DNA of 64,000 bases from the NCBI RefSeq assembly GCF_001194135.2, contig NC_068981.1, forward strand, positions 58,949,113 to 59,013,112, written 5' to 3'. This stretch comes from Octopus bimaculoides. Taxonomy: Eukaryota. Of the stretch, positions 1 through 12,179 are shown in pieces (the first letter of the stretch is position 1; each line of letters opens with the position of its first letter). The notes below the pieces were generated by a model. That model saw only the letters and a program-made list of their open reading frames with translations, made no database searches and was not told the origin of the DNA. A program made the position numbers and the translations under genes.

Positions 1-224
1 CAGTACAACAAGGAAGATTATTACTTTTGTGCGTTCAACGAAATAATGAACTACCCACATGATCAAGGTAAAGACAGAACCAGTAAAAGAAATTACATAT
101 ATCGATAGTGTACGCTTCGAAGTTTACGTATCCAGAGGGAAGCAACATGAGACAGTGGGAGCCATCTGCAGTAGCGGGTAGGAAACTCAAATACTGTGGC
201 CACAAATACATGCATATTACAAGT

Positions 225-1800
225 TTTTATTATGATCCTACTGTGTATGGGGCATTGGATAACCAAAGATAGCGTTACTAATGTGCTGCATAAATGGGAC
301 CAGGCCAAAGTGATGGTAGTGGTAGAAGAATACAGAGACTTTATAGGACCTCAGTCTACCCCAGCAAAATAAAGCTGAATGTATGTGACTGGAATTTCAA
401 CTGTTAGTTGCACCAGAGGACCTTCCTGACACACCTCATTATTTTTACCTCGAAGAGTGTGGGAAAATGCAGGTGCTCATCGAGGGCAAAAAAAAAAAGA
501 AAAAGCAACATTTTAAATTCATGGTAATGCAAACCGTCTCACAGAGTTATTCCTCATCGTGGAGAAGATGAGAGCGGAGCACCACCCGTTGACTACGGCA
601 ATCACAAGAGCAGTAGCTATAGCATAAGTTTCTACTACAGGAATTAAAAAAAAAGACGCTGTGAAGAATGCGTCTTAACTGCTGCAAAAACAGGAAGAAG
701 CATCTGAAAGCACAGTCATAACACTAATATCCTCCGATCTCTTGAATAATGAAAATATTCCAGTCCTCCATCAGTTAGTGTTCAAAAATGGCAAATTGGA
801 GCGAACATCAGAGAAAAAGGGGAGCGACTAAAGGAAAACGAGCGAACCGAACAACCAGAACAACTCAAAGGCTCAGCAATGCAAAACGACAGCAATAAAA
901 ACAAACAAACAAAAAATAAATGAACAAACATAAACGTCTGTAAACGAGTAATAAACCAAAACAACAGCAATAATAATTACAAGAACAACAATCTCAATGA
1001 TCACAGCAGTAATAACAAAAAATGCCAAAAACCTGATAATAACAAACGCGGCAATCAGAAGAGCTGGTACCACAATCACAATAACAACAATCTACAGGCG
1101 AGACGAATCCCTTAGCTACATCATTTGCCAAACTGAAAAAGTCGAGTTGATGACATTGTTGAAGCACACGAGAACAAAATGTTTTAATAAGCAAGGTTTT
1201 TGATGAAGACACTAAAAATAGACCCCTCGTGAAAGCAATTCAAGAAGTGTATAAATCCCTCAGAAAACGATTTACACATAACATGGGAGCGTTAAAAATA
1301 TCCAGGACGTGAAGTTGTTGAAGAACTCTTTCAAGGGCCCCACCAAAACGATTATCTTTAGACCAAGACAAGTAACTCACTCTTAATAAAGAATGGCTGA
1401 CATCAATGCACAAGGCCTAGATGTAGTAGTCATGAACAAGACCAGAGTTTCCGAAATATACTGGCCGATTATGAGGGTTACACGTCTTTCGGTCATCTCA
1501 GATCAAGTGACAGTACACTGCTGTTTTGGAGGTAAATATGTTCTTCCTAAACCCAGTTGATAAGTCGCTGGTCCTGGAGGTGAACAGAGAGTGATGGGGG
1601 TAACTTCAGATAAATGGCAGTGTATGAGAGGGAAGGAAGTGAGCACTAGATTTCTTTAGACATTTAGATACATTCTTAGGAACATTTCCCCGTAATTATT
1701 GTTAGTGAATAATTGAAATAACATCCATGACGCACGTAGGAATTGTCTGGGAAAAGCTTATAGGAGAGGGTTCAAATCTCGCGAAGTTTGTTTCTCATCC
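225..1800 (+). mobile_element. Degenerate Tx1/L1-clade non-LTR retrotransposon: possible ORF1 remnant, A/C-rich linker and 5' part of ORF2 (APE endonuclease)
   Basis: Manual translation of ~1400-1760, across stops and frameshifts, gives LDVVVMNKTRVS ... VNMFFLNPVDKSLVLEVN ... FR*MAVY ... DFFRHLDTFLGT ... LLLVNN*NNIHDARRNC. This follows the order of APE motifs (LDVxxxQET ... FRLVAVY ... LVGDWN) in Tx1-like elements. The upstream VMVVVE at ~320 is only weak ORF1 evidence. Confidence 0.6.
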
Positions 1801-2091
1801 GTCTAGGGTGGATAAAATAAAGTTGTAAAGTACTGGGGTCGACACAATCGAGTAACCACTTCCTCTTACATTTTTGGTCTTATCCCTATGTTAGGAATGT
1901 CATTATTATATTTGAATTTTTGAAAAGAATTGGCATCTATCAAAAGCCGTGAGAAAAATAATTCCAACATGATTATCTTATAGATAACAAAATGCTTTCC
2001 TATTGCTTAGGGATCCACCACTTTTCCTTGGATAGAAGAAAAATGTCTACGGATATTTTTATCCTTTTGTTTGTTTGTTTGTAGTCTTTTT

Positions 2092-2460
2092 TTTACTTGT
2101 TTCATGACTGCAGCCATGCTGGAGCACCACCTTTAGTTGAGAAAATCGACCCCAGGACTCATTTTTTAAAGCCTAGTACTTATTCTATTGGACACTGTTA
2201 CTGAGCCGCTAAGTTACGAAGACGTAAACACACCAACAAGCGATGGTTGGTGGGGGGAAAATAGAGACACAGAAGCATATACATACATACATACACATAC
2301 ACACACACACGTACATATACAACGGGCTTCTTTCAGTTTCCGTCTGCCAAATCCACTCACGACCCGAGGCTATAATGGAAGACACTTGCCCAAGGTGCCA
2401 CGTAGTGGGACTGAACCCGGAACTATGTGGTCGGGAAGCAAGCTTATTTTACAGCCACTT
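2092..2460 (-). mobile_element. Octopus-type tRNA-derived SINE, near full length
   Basis: Minus strand reads AGTGGCTG...GTTCCGGGTTCAGTCCCACTACGTGGCACCTTGGGCAAGTGTCTT...GACGGAAACTGAAAGAAGCCCGT, then a (TG/TATG)n tract and ...GGTGCTCCAGCATGGCTGCAGTC. Related copies at 5563-5900 and 52440-53600. Confidence 0.85.
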
Positions 2461-2681
2461 CTGTACCTATGATCTACTCTCACGCATATTTCGAAATTTA
2501 TATATTAACTGACTGTGATGGTTTTCTACCTCCATTGAGTCTGACGTACCGTCTATAAGGCCTAGCGCTTCATGGATGTGAAACCATTGGCCACTTTATG
2601 ACCAGACATATTTAACCGCTTGTAAATATATTACTGCTCTATTCTTTAGAGTGTGCTTCTTTTTCGGATATATGATCCACT

Positions 2682-2738
<57 letters not shown>

Positions 2739-3059
2739 GATAGATAGATAGAAGGCGTATGCATCATCATCGTACAACTGCTGCAGCGGCAGACGACCAC
2801 AATCCTCTTCCATACCACACTGCTTTCATTATGACTTGTGGTCCAGAAGTTAACTGGTTAATTCTGGCTATTGGAAGAACTGTTAAAGTTGACGCGGAAT
2901 TCAAAATCAGAACGAGGAGATAAAACAATACTGTTAGACTTCTCATCTGACGCTTCTATCGATTCCGCCATGCCTGACTAAACAGTAAATAAAAACAAAA
3001 GTTGGAGACAATGCCTGACTTTTTATCGTGTACGATAAAATGTCTTGAAAATTTTTTTG

Positions 3060-3185
3060 TAGCTTCTTGTGGTTTGAGTTCAAATATCATAGAGGTTAAT
3101 TTTAATCTTTAATCATTCGGGTTCGATAAAGTATCAGTCAAGGGAGTAGACTGGTAGAAGAGGTACATTGGTACACTACCAGTTT
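3060..3185 (+). mobile_element. Decayed SINE fragment (same family as 6722-6887)
   Basis: GAGTTCAAAT...GAGGTTAATTTT...TCATTCGGGTTCGATAAAGTATCAGT resembles the reverse complement of the 6722-6887 copy. Confidence 0.4.
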
Positions 3186-4029
3186 TCCAGCTTCCTTTAT
3201 CTTAGATCCATGTGCAGGATTATCTCTTTTGTTAAGTTATAAGAAAGTACATGACAGTAATTCCTAGAAGACTGCTGTCATGCTATTAATAATCTCTTCA
3301 CTACTAAGCCTTCGAAAAATACCTTTACTTATTCATCAGAAGCGTTAAAAAGTTGTAAGCATTCTTTCAACATTTCTACAACAATGACATGGGGCTATAA
3401 ATATTTAACACAAAATTCAATACCCCACGTTCACTTTCTAACCATTAGTCTCCCACAGGCCTTGTCTTAAAACGCAACTTTAACGGGCATATATTTAATT
3501 TTCCCTCTTTTATTCTGGGACACTGTATTCTCTACAGTGAAGTTATTAATTCACTCTTCATTAAGAGAGGAATCCTTAGTCGGTTAGCGCGTGGCATATA
3601 AGCTTTTGCATGTTTATATCATTATAATTAGATGTAGGGAGAGCATTTCTGGCTTCATGATTTGTTATTAGTAGATAAATAAATGCGTGTCGTTAAGGAC
3701 TGACAACAAAAAGTTATAACAGTCATCAAAAATTTTAGTGTTGTCATATAATTATGTTCTGATTAAAAGAGTTACTAAATCATTAGTTGCCGGAAAATCG
3801 ATAGTGTACCTGTATGTGTGTGTCATCAAACATGCACACACACATGCACATTCACATAATCATATAACACTGAGAACCAAGCAGGGAACTTTGTAGTATG
3901 GGACTGCATAGTGTTGATATGCATTTGTATTTTAAGATTTCTAATTGTTATCAATTCACCCTGGGATCTAAATTAATATTTAATCGGAGTTGAATGTCAG
4001 CAATACTCATTTCACTCAGATACTACCAG

Positions 4030-4060
<31 letters not shown>

Positions 4061-4762
4061 GTACATACGTACACGCACACACACGTAAACATACATGCAC
4101 ACATACACACGCGCGCGCACACACACATGCACACACATAACGTTTTTGAACTGGTTTAGTAATGTGGCTTATGAGGTAGTCTGGATTGTGAATATCCAAA
4201 GATGATTTTAAAATTTCAGATGAGCAGCCTTTGATTAAAGATATGCAAATATATTCAGATTGATTTTAAAAACGAAGTTTTTTTTACATTTCATAACGAG
4301 TTTGATACTCTGGTCATCGAATTTTAGAAAGCAAACATATGTACGCATGTCTTCATTCATAATAATTTAGAGGGGCTTTCTTATCACCATAAAATATCGA
4401 CTTCCTTCCAATTTCCCCTAGCTTTAGATAGTTTCATTTGCAGAATCTTACCATCAATATGGAGAAAGTGTCAAAGTTGTGGAAAAGATTCATTGTACAG
4501 TTTTAATTTCTTTTAATCTTATTTTATCTCTGAAGAAATATGTAATTTATTTTTTGGCAATCGAAAAATTAACAACTGTGGAGCAAAAATGTTGAAAAAA
4601 AAAAATGTCTCTTAGATACTAGCAATAAACATTATGCCTCTCTTCTCTTTCCATAAATGCTGACAAGATAAAGTAGATGGCGGAAGAAAGTCATAACATA
4701 CACAAACGAACATTACTGTGATATATACGCATGTACGTACAAATCATATATATATGTGTGTG

Positions 4763-5024
4763 TGTGGCTTAGTGGCTGGGGTATCGTAATGTCGTGTGTT
4801 CGACCTCTGGCGGAGCGCGGTTGTGTCCTTCAGTAAAGTACTTTATTTCACGTTGCTTTATTTCATGTTGCTTCACACCACTCAGTTGGCAAAAATGAGT
4901 TGTGTCTGTAGTTCAAAGGGCTAACTTTGTTAAATTCAGTGTCACGCTAAATCTCTCCGAAAACTACGTTAAGGGTATGCGTGCTTGTGGAGTGGTCAGT
5001 TACTTCCACGTTAATTTCACGAGC
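4763..5024 (+). mobile_element. tRNA-derived SINE (second family), truncated by N gap
   Basis: A-box-like TGGCTTAGTGG and B-box-like GTGTTCGACC, then TTGTGTCCTT...ACTTTATTTCACGTTGCT (locally duplicated)...CCACTCAG. The head is shared with the copy at 42318. Confidence 0.7.
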
Positions 5025-5451
5025 NNNNNNNNNNNNNNNNNNNNNNNNNNNNNNNNNNNNNNNNNNNNNNNNNNNNNNNNNNNNNNNNNNNNNNNNNNNN
5101 NNNNNNNNNNNNNNNNNNNNNNNNNNNNNNNNNNNNNNNNNNNNNNNNNNNNNNNNNNNNNNNNNNNNNNNNNNNNNNNNNNNNNNNNNNNNNNNNNNNN
5201 NNNNNNNNNNNNNNNNNNNNNNNNNNNNNNNNNNNNNNNNNNNNNNNNNNNNNNNNNNNNNNNNNNNNNNNNNNNNNNNNNNNNNNNNNNNNNNNNNNNN
5301 NNNNNNNNNNNNNNNNNNNNNNNNNNNNNNNNNNNNNNNNNNNNNNNNNNNNNNNNNNNNNNNNNNNNNNNNNNNNNNNNNNNNNNNNNNNNNNNNNNNN
5401 NNNNNNNNNNNNNNNNNNNNNNNNNNNNNNNNNNNNNNNNNNNNNNNNNNN

Positions 5452-5483
<32 letters not shown>

Positions 5484-5489
5484 CATACA

Positions 5490-5520
<31 letters not shown>

Positions 5521-5562
5521 GAATATTCTTATGCACAGACACACTCACATATTCTTTTATTC

Positions 5563-5843
5563 TTTTACTTCAGACATTTGACTGCAGCCATGCTGGAATA
5601 CCACCTTAAAGGTTTTTTAGTCGAAGAAATCGATTCCATGAATTATTCTTTGTAAGCCTAGTACATGTGCTATCGGAATCTTTTGCCGAACCGCTAAGTA
5701 ATGAGGACGTAAGCACACAGACATCGAGTGTCAAGCGATGGTGGTGAGGGACAAACAGACACAAAGACATACACATAAACACAGACACACACACACAGAC
5801 ACACACACACACAGACACACACAAACAGACACACACACACAGA

Positions 5844-5900
<57 letters not shown>
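5563..5900 (-). mobile_element. 3' half of the SINE family seen at 2092-2460
   Basis: TGACTGCAGCCATGCTGGA...AAGCCTAGTAC...CCGCTAAGT...CAAGCGATGGT matches 2105-2250 and runs into a (CA)n tract and a gap. Confidence 0.75.
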
Positions 5901-5901
<1 letters not shown>

Positions 5902-6370
5902 NNNNNNNNNNNNNNNNNNNNNNNNNNNNNNNNNNNNNNNNNNNNNNNNNNNNNNNNNNNNNNNNNNNNNNNNNNNNNNNNNNNNNNNNNNNNNNNNNNN
6001 NNNNNNNNNNNNNNNNNNNNNNNNNNNNNNNNNNNNNNNNNNNNNNNNNNNNNNNNNNNNNNNNNNNNNNNNNNNNNNNNNNNNNNNNNNNNNNNNNNNN
6101 NNNNNNNNNNNNNNNNNNNNNNNNNNNNNNNNNNNNNNNNNNNNNNNNNNNNNNNNNNNNNNNNNNNNNNNNNNNNNNNNNNNNNNNNNNNNNNNNNNNN
6201 NNNNNNNNNNNNNNNNNNNNNNNNNNNNNNNNNNNNNNNNNNNNNNNNNNNNNNNNNNNNNNNNNNNNNNNNNNNNNNNNNNNNNNNNNNNNNNNNNNNN
6301 NNNNNNNNNNNNNNNNNNNNNNNNAAGAAGATATAAGATTTGCCAGGTTTTTCTCTCTCACCAAGGTCAT

Positions 6371-6427
6371 CAGCTGTCGAACGCCGACGAAGGGAAATAA
6401 CCCTGAAATCCGGATACGTTCGTGCTG
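6371..6427 (+). ncRNA. Type I hammerhead ribozyme motif (minimal palindromic stem III, core variant CCGACGA)
   Basis: Stem I CGAACG 6378-6383 / CGTTCG 6417-6422, plus CAGC/GCTG beyond an internal loop. Core CCGACGA 6384-6390. Stem II AGGG-aaataa-CCCT 6391-6404. GAAA 6405-6408. Stem III from the palindrome ATCCGGAT 6408-6415. NUH = AUA, with predicted cleavage after 6416. Confidence 0.7.
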
Positions 6428-6721
6428 CTGGTCGTGGTGAGAGGGATAACTCCCTTGGCAAACAGGACACAGTCGTGTGTCGATAAGCCAGCTGGAGGAG
6501 ATGTCCTCCTGGGGCTAAAAGCAACAGTAACATCCACCCCTAGGGGTCAGCCACACTTAAGTGGCAATATACTACACTTTATATATATATATATATATAT
6601 ATAATAGCAAACTTATAAGAAGCGGAGAGAGAACATAGGTTCGTTTGCCCGAACAGGAGAAATTATTGATTTTTCATCAGTTAAAAATTACTGCCCATAT
6701 ACGAATTCTGAACTTTCACGA

Positions 6722-6887
6722 GGTACGACTCCAGTACGCAACTGGTACTTAATTTATCGACCCCGAAAGGATGAAAGGCAAAGTCGATCTTGGCGGAATT
6801 TGTACTCAAAACGTAGCAACGGGCGAAATACCGTCAAGCATTTCGTCCAACGCGTTCACGATTCTGCCAACTCGCTGCTTTACGCCT
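6722..6887 (-). mobile_element. Octopus-type tRNA-derived SINE (third family)
   Basis: Minus strand reads GCGAGTTGGCAGAATCGT...GGTATTTCGCCCGTTGCTACGTTTTGAGTACAAATTCCGCCAAGATCGACTTTGCCTTTCATCCTTTCGGGGTCGATAAATTAAGTACCAGTTGCGTACTGG. Confidence 0.8.
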
Positions 6888-7237
6888 TGAACAACATTAA
6901 CAACAACAAAAGGGGTCTATGGTTCACTTGAATTTGACATCTGAACTGTTTTTTTCGAGTTATTTCACCTCTTCCTTCTACCATTTTCCTGACCTGACTC
7001 TCCTCACCACACATGTCTCAGTTACTGCTATTGCTTACCCTATTGCTGCCACCGCCACTACTACCACCACCGACATCACCTTCCCACCATCTCACCCGTC
7101 ATTTACCCGCCATTTCCTCCCCGTCATCAATCAGTCTCCTCCGAGAAGTTCAGCGAAAACAATGAAGGTTTGAACAAAGGGACTAGTGTGGGTATCCTTG
7201 ATGCGTACAATGCAGCTCGCACCCGCACTAGTCCCTT

Positions 7238-8160
7238 TGTCTAGACATCAACAAAGCCTTCGATCCTATCTGGCATGTAAATCTGTCAAAACTTTCCGAT
7301 TACAGACTCCATCCATCTCTTATCTTTTGGATCGGTAACCTCTTACCACTTCGCAGCATAGTGGTATGTGTTTACAGAGTTCTTTCTACCCCACTCTCAG
7401 TCAACTCTGGCATTTGTCAGGGCTCGATTTCGTCCTCAACTCTATTCTTTCTATACATCAATGACCTACTTGCTGTGGATTCTAACAATGCTCACTCTTA
7501 TGCACATGACACGCCCCTTCATTCCTCCCAATCATTCCTTAATCATGTGTCATCTACACACAGTCTAGATACATCATGCCAAACCTGTACTGATTTGAAG
7601 GAGAGCTTGAAAGCATCTTTCAGTGGAACTATGTCAATTTTCTTTTCTTTAATAGCACTCCTCCCCAAATACAAAACAAAAAAACACTATGCACTATTCA
7701 TATCAATAAAATACCACTGTACTACCCTCACTCTGAACATCAACGGCTTTCAGATAGGGCTCTCATAGTCGCTTCAAATGCTGGGCATCATTATCATCAG
7801 GCATCTCTCCTGGAGAAAACACATCCTTAGCATAGCTGGGACTGAATCCGAAAGACTAGGCCTTCTCTTTATGGCTAGAAGATATACCACCCCTCAACAG
7901 CTGCTGGCACCCTATAAGGTTTAAGTGTGGCCCACAATGGAATACTTCTCTCACATCTGGAACGGTACTGTCGCTACGTACAGTGATACTTGGACAACCA
8001 GAGAAGGACTACTTGGCTGAGTGGCACACTCAGCTTCTAACCTACAGTTGTGCTATCTTCTCTACCTATCTTTTTTATTGCTATTATAATAGATTTTGCC
8101 ACTCGGAGCTGGCTAGTTGCGTACTGCCCCCACTCAAGCACCCCAAACCATTCGCCATCT
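7238..8160 (+). mobile_element. CR1/Zenon-like LINE reverse-transcriptase fragment (pseudogenised)
   Basis: Translation gives LDINKAFDPIWH...SVNSGICQGSISSSTLFFLYINDLL...AHSYAHDTPLH (decayed LDxxKAFD, PQGS and YADD motifs). C-terminal ELASCVPPL-like and KVRPTMEY-like stretches follow. Confidence 0.8.
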
Positions 8161-11100
8161 CTTGGTATCCTTGATGCGTACAATGCAGCTCGTACCCGCA
8201 CTAGTATCGCTAACCTCGAAGGGCTGCAAGTGACACGGGTTCACCCATTCCCTTAGATTCTGCATGTAAAGAAAGTTAGTCTTGTAACTCATGAAGTCAA
8301 AGAAGCATTACTTAATACATTCAGTCTTTACGTGATGTATAAGTAGAAAGTTACCAAGACGGAAGTGCTAGAATATTACTATGTTAATGGTTTCAACCAT
8401 TAAGACTTGGTCATATTGTGCAATATTGCAAGATAACAAAAACTTAACTGCATACTGTACCCAATGAAACTTAAGGGGATTGAGTCATTGGGAATAAACA
8501 TTGAAACTATGTAACACCGCATGATGATATGAACGGGTTAATGAGGTAGCTTATTAGTTTGCTTGAAATAACATCCAAATATCCTTCAAATCTACATATT
8601 AAAAGGTTACATTGGAGAATGTAGTTCGAAATACATTCTTCATAAAAGGGATGTCATGGTTCAAACATCTTTCATCGTTGGTATAGGTAGTCAAAGCCGG
8701 CTTGAGAGAAATAATAACAATAACAAAAGCAGTCTTGATATGAAAACTTTATGGATTTAATTAAATGGGACATTTTTCTTTTCATTGATTTAGGCTTAGA
8801 CAATATCTGAATTTCTTTTAAACGAAATTGTTTTTCGTTGGAAATCCTATAGTATTTTCTGATACAAAGGATTATCTTCCAGTATAAATTAAAAATTGGT
8901 TTCTTTTTTCACTGTGCATTATATTTTAGCGAGGTGAGTAATGGTAAATTATAATATGACTTTCTTCCTCAGAAGCTTTAGCAGTGCTGTGTAAGTTAAG
9001 ATAAAGTGGTTTCCAACTGAAATAAACCGGATCATAAGTCGATTAAATGCAGTTTGTTACTTGACACATAAGGCAATATAGACCATTAAATCGAGACACG
9101 TGTATCACTTATATCACCAACAACGGAGAGATGAAAAGCAAAGTCGGCTCTGGTGCCTACTCAATGGGAAATAATTCCGATATAGCTCAACAATGTTGTA
9201 TTTTAGGAAACGATGACGGGTGATGCTTATGAATTTCCTAATACTATTCAAATAAAATGTTTCTGACCGGTGATTGAAACCAAATTTCAGCCTCAACTTG
9301 CCAGGAGCAAGTTAACTTTTCCAATTAAATATCTATTTCTGACTTAGAACAAGTTTTAGGAGGCGGTCATTTTTTTTCTCAACGCATTAGTATTGTTAAA
9401 AGACAAAATAGCTTCAAATTTAGATTAGTGCAATTGAAACAAAAGATTAGTTTCCTTTTAGCAAGCGAAATATCCCATTGATTTTAGAATGGGTCGAATG
9501 GAGAGATGAGTTAATGGAATGTTCGCGATTTTCCAAACATCATTAGCAGTGGGAGGTGAAATTATTTCAATCGGATATTGGAACTGCTGTACAGTCTTGG
9601 TTCAGCGGAAATTATCTCTCTTATTTTTACTATTTTTATTCTGGAAAGCGTAAGACATATGAGGTTGATGTGGTTAATGTTTATCTGGAACCTACTGGTC
9701 AATGTTTAGAAGGACGACATGAACTCAGCGATGTATGTTATTCAGAAGTGGTGTTGTGTGTTGATTTTGTTACTGTAAACCAACCCTGATCGACCAGGTC
9801 TATGATCAAAAACGTTCCAATTGAAGTGATAATCTCATTTAGGTATAGGATATTAGATCTACTTTATGAAATATGTGTCCGTTTTTTTAAAGAGAATGTA
9901 TGATTTGGTGGGATATTTGACTGCAAACTGAGCGACAGTTTAAAGGCTCTTACACTGGCTCGTGTTGTCAGTGTGCTTTCCATATAAATGTAATGGATGT
10001 TTCTTGTCACTGTTAGATGAAATTAAGTTGTCATATCTCAAATGAAGAATATTTTTCGAGTACACTCTTCATAGAAGTAATAACTATCTAGCTAGAAATT
10101 AGATTCTCAATGTATTCTTCGGTGAGAAGGATTAGATAAGTGATTAAGATGATTAAGGTAGTCTGGGGTTTTAGTCACAAACGGGCTCAAGAGTAAGGCA
10201 GGAGGGAGATTTGACTGTGTTTGGGTGAGGGTTCTACTTAATCTGCTAGTTCATATGATGGTAACAAATAGGACCGAAGAGATAGCACAATAGTGAGTAA
10301 TGGATAGTTAACTTATTACTAGGGTCCTGGTTCTATTTCAGAATGTTTTGCGGTCTGTATCATAAAAGTGATGTCTAACTAAATATTAATGAGAGGTTTG
10401 ATTAAATATCACTTTAAATATTATTAGCCGGAAGGGTAATATTTGTTACCAAGAGTACCCAGTCTGTTGAATTGTCTGTAGTATATTTCTGGTATGAGAG
10501 TGCGGATGATCATGACCAAGTTGATGGGGGGTTTGTTGTCAAGCAGCGAAGAGACCGAAAGTTCCCATCTAACCAATGTGCTATGTGTTATTATGCTTGT
10601 GATCAAGACACTTTACTCTCAAATGACCCAGTCCACTTAGTTGCAAATAGGTACCATAGTGTAGAAACAACTTGCTGCTTTAAATATTGACCTCACTGTA
10701 ATATTCATAAGTGGTTGATTTGCATCCGCTGCCAAGTTCAACTCTTCTCACAGATTCCAGCAACCTTTGGCCCACAGATTCCAGCAACTTTTTCTCTAAT
10801 GTAGTATTCCTTAGAATAATTGCGAGATCATCTCATCAGCTGTATCCTTTCACATAACATTTTATGGCCTTACGAAAATGGATGGTTTAATGCAAATTTG
10901 ACCCAATGTCATTAGGACACAAACGCTGAAAGACGAAATTGAATAATGTATTTAAAACGATACTTACTGTCTCAGTCATATATTAGAATATTTCTGTTAT
11001 TGCTTATCCCCAAGTCTGTTCTGATCTATCGGACTTATGTTTTTGGAGAGATATTAGGACTTTTTAAATCCTTTTCAAGACGGTAGAAATTGATTTTAGG

Positions 11101-11572
11101 GAGATTTGGCTGTTGTGTTTAGTCGGTCGAGCGATCACATGGAGATTCTCATGACTCATTTACATATTAATTCATTCTGAATAGGCGCATGAACGATGTT
11201 TTGTATTGAAGAATTTTAGTTTGTGCTTAATTTTGTAAACTAGACTTCTGAAAATAGTTATTTTGATTTACACCCGCTTTTATTCGTAGATTCTGTTTAC
11301 AAGAGAAAAACTCCACAGAATAGGAGATTTGGCAAACATTCATATATATTTTCTTCCATTTTTTTCAAACATACTCTGCTTCTCTCTTCAACTTTAGTAG
11401 ACATAAACATGTATACATAGAAATGTCAGATTATATATACATATATACATGCTTACATACAAAAAAATATACATGTTAGCAGACATTCATATGTCTTTTA
11501 TATTTTTTCAAATACACTTTGCTTTTCTCTTTAATTCAGATAAACATAAATCTGTATACATGAAAGTGTCAG

Positions 11573-11574
<2 letters not shown>

Positions 11575-11668
<94 letters not shown>

Positions 11669-11680
11669 CACACACACACA
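11575..11680. repeat. (CA)n microsatellite
   Basis: Direct reading. It accounts for the TH/CV pseudo-ORFs in the track. Confidence 0.95.
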
Positions 11681-12179
11681 CAAAGACAAGATACATGCAC
11701 ATATACTTGTATACATCACTCCCTCGGCATGAATTGACATTGCTTGGTGTGGAAGACATATTTGAATTTGCAATGAATACCATTTCTAACATTAAGTTTA
11801 CAAGAATCAACCTTAAACAACTGTTTATTTTTCCGATCACATTCATTGAAGAAGTCTTTCATTCAAGACTGAAGCGATATTTGTCTCAGACTAGAGTTTA
11901 CCATTCAGGGAATCACTACAAGCAACACGATCGCCGGAAACGACAATAGCGCCAACAACTTTACAAAAAGAACCAAAGAAAGATAACATCGAAAGCGATA
12001 AACAAGATCCCATTCCATTCAGCGGTTGTTGATCCAGTGTAGAGCCTCACCCAAGGCTAAATATATTAAAACAAAGCAGTTACACTAAAATGAAGAAAAA
12101 AAAAATGGTTCAGAAATCAGCGGCTCACAATGTTGTTTGCTGAACGCTTATTCATATCGATTGAACGTTAGATGAGATC

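Noticed and set aside
997-1203. Short Thr/Ile/Asn-rich ORFs on both strands
   Set aside because: A/C-rich low-complexity linker within the Tx1-like remnant.
8164-8265. Possible HDV-like or twister ribozyme (AATGCAGC and GGCTGCAAG words, crossing helices)
   Set aside because: I could not build HDV P3/P1.1 or place the catalytic C, nor twister P4 and P2 in the required order. It is kept only as a possible pseudoknot.
10749-10788. 16-bp direct repeat CACAGATTCCAGCAAC x2
   Set aside because: Ordinary small tandem duplication with no further structure.
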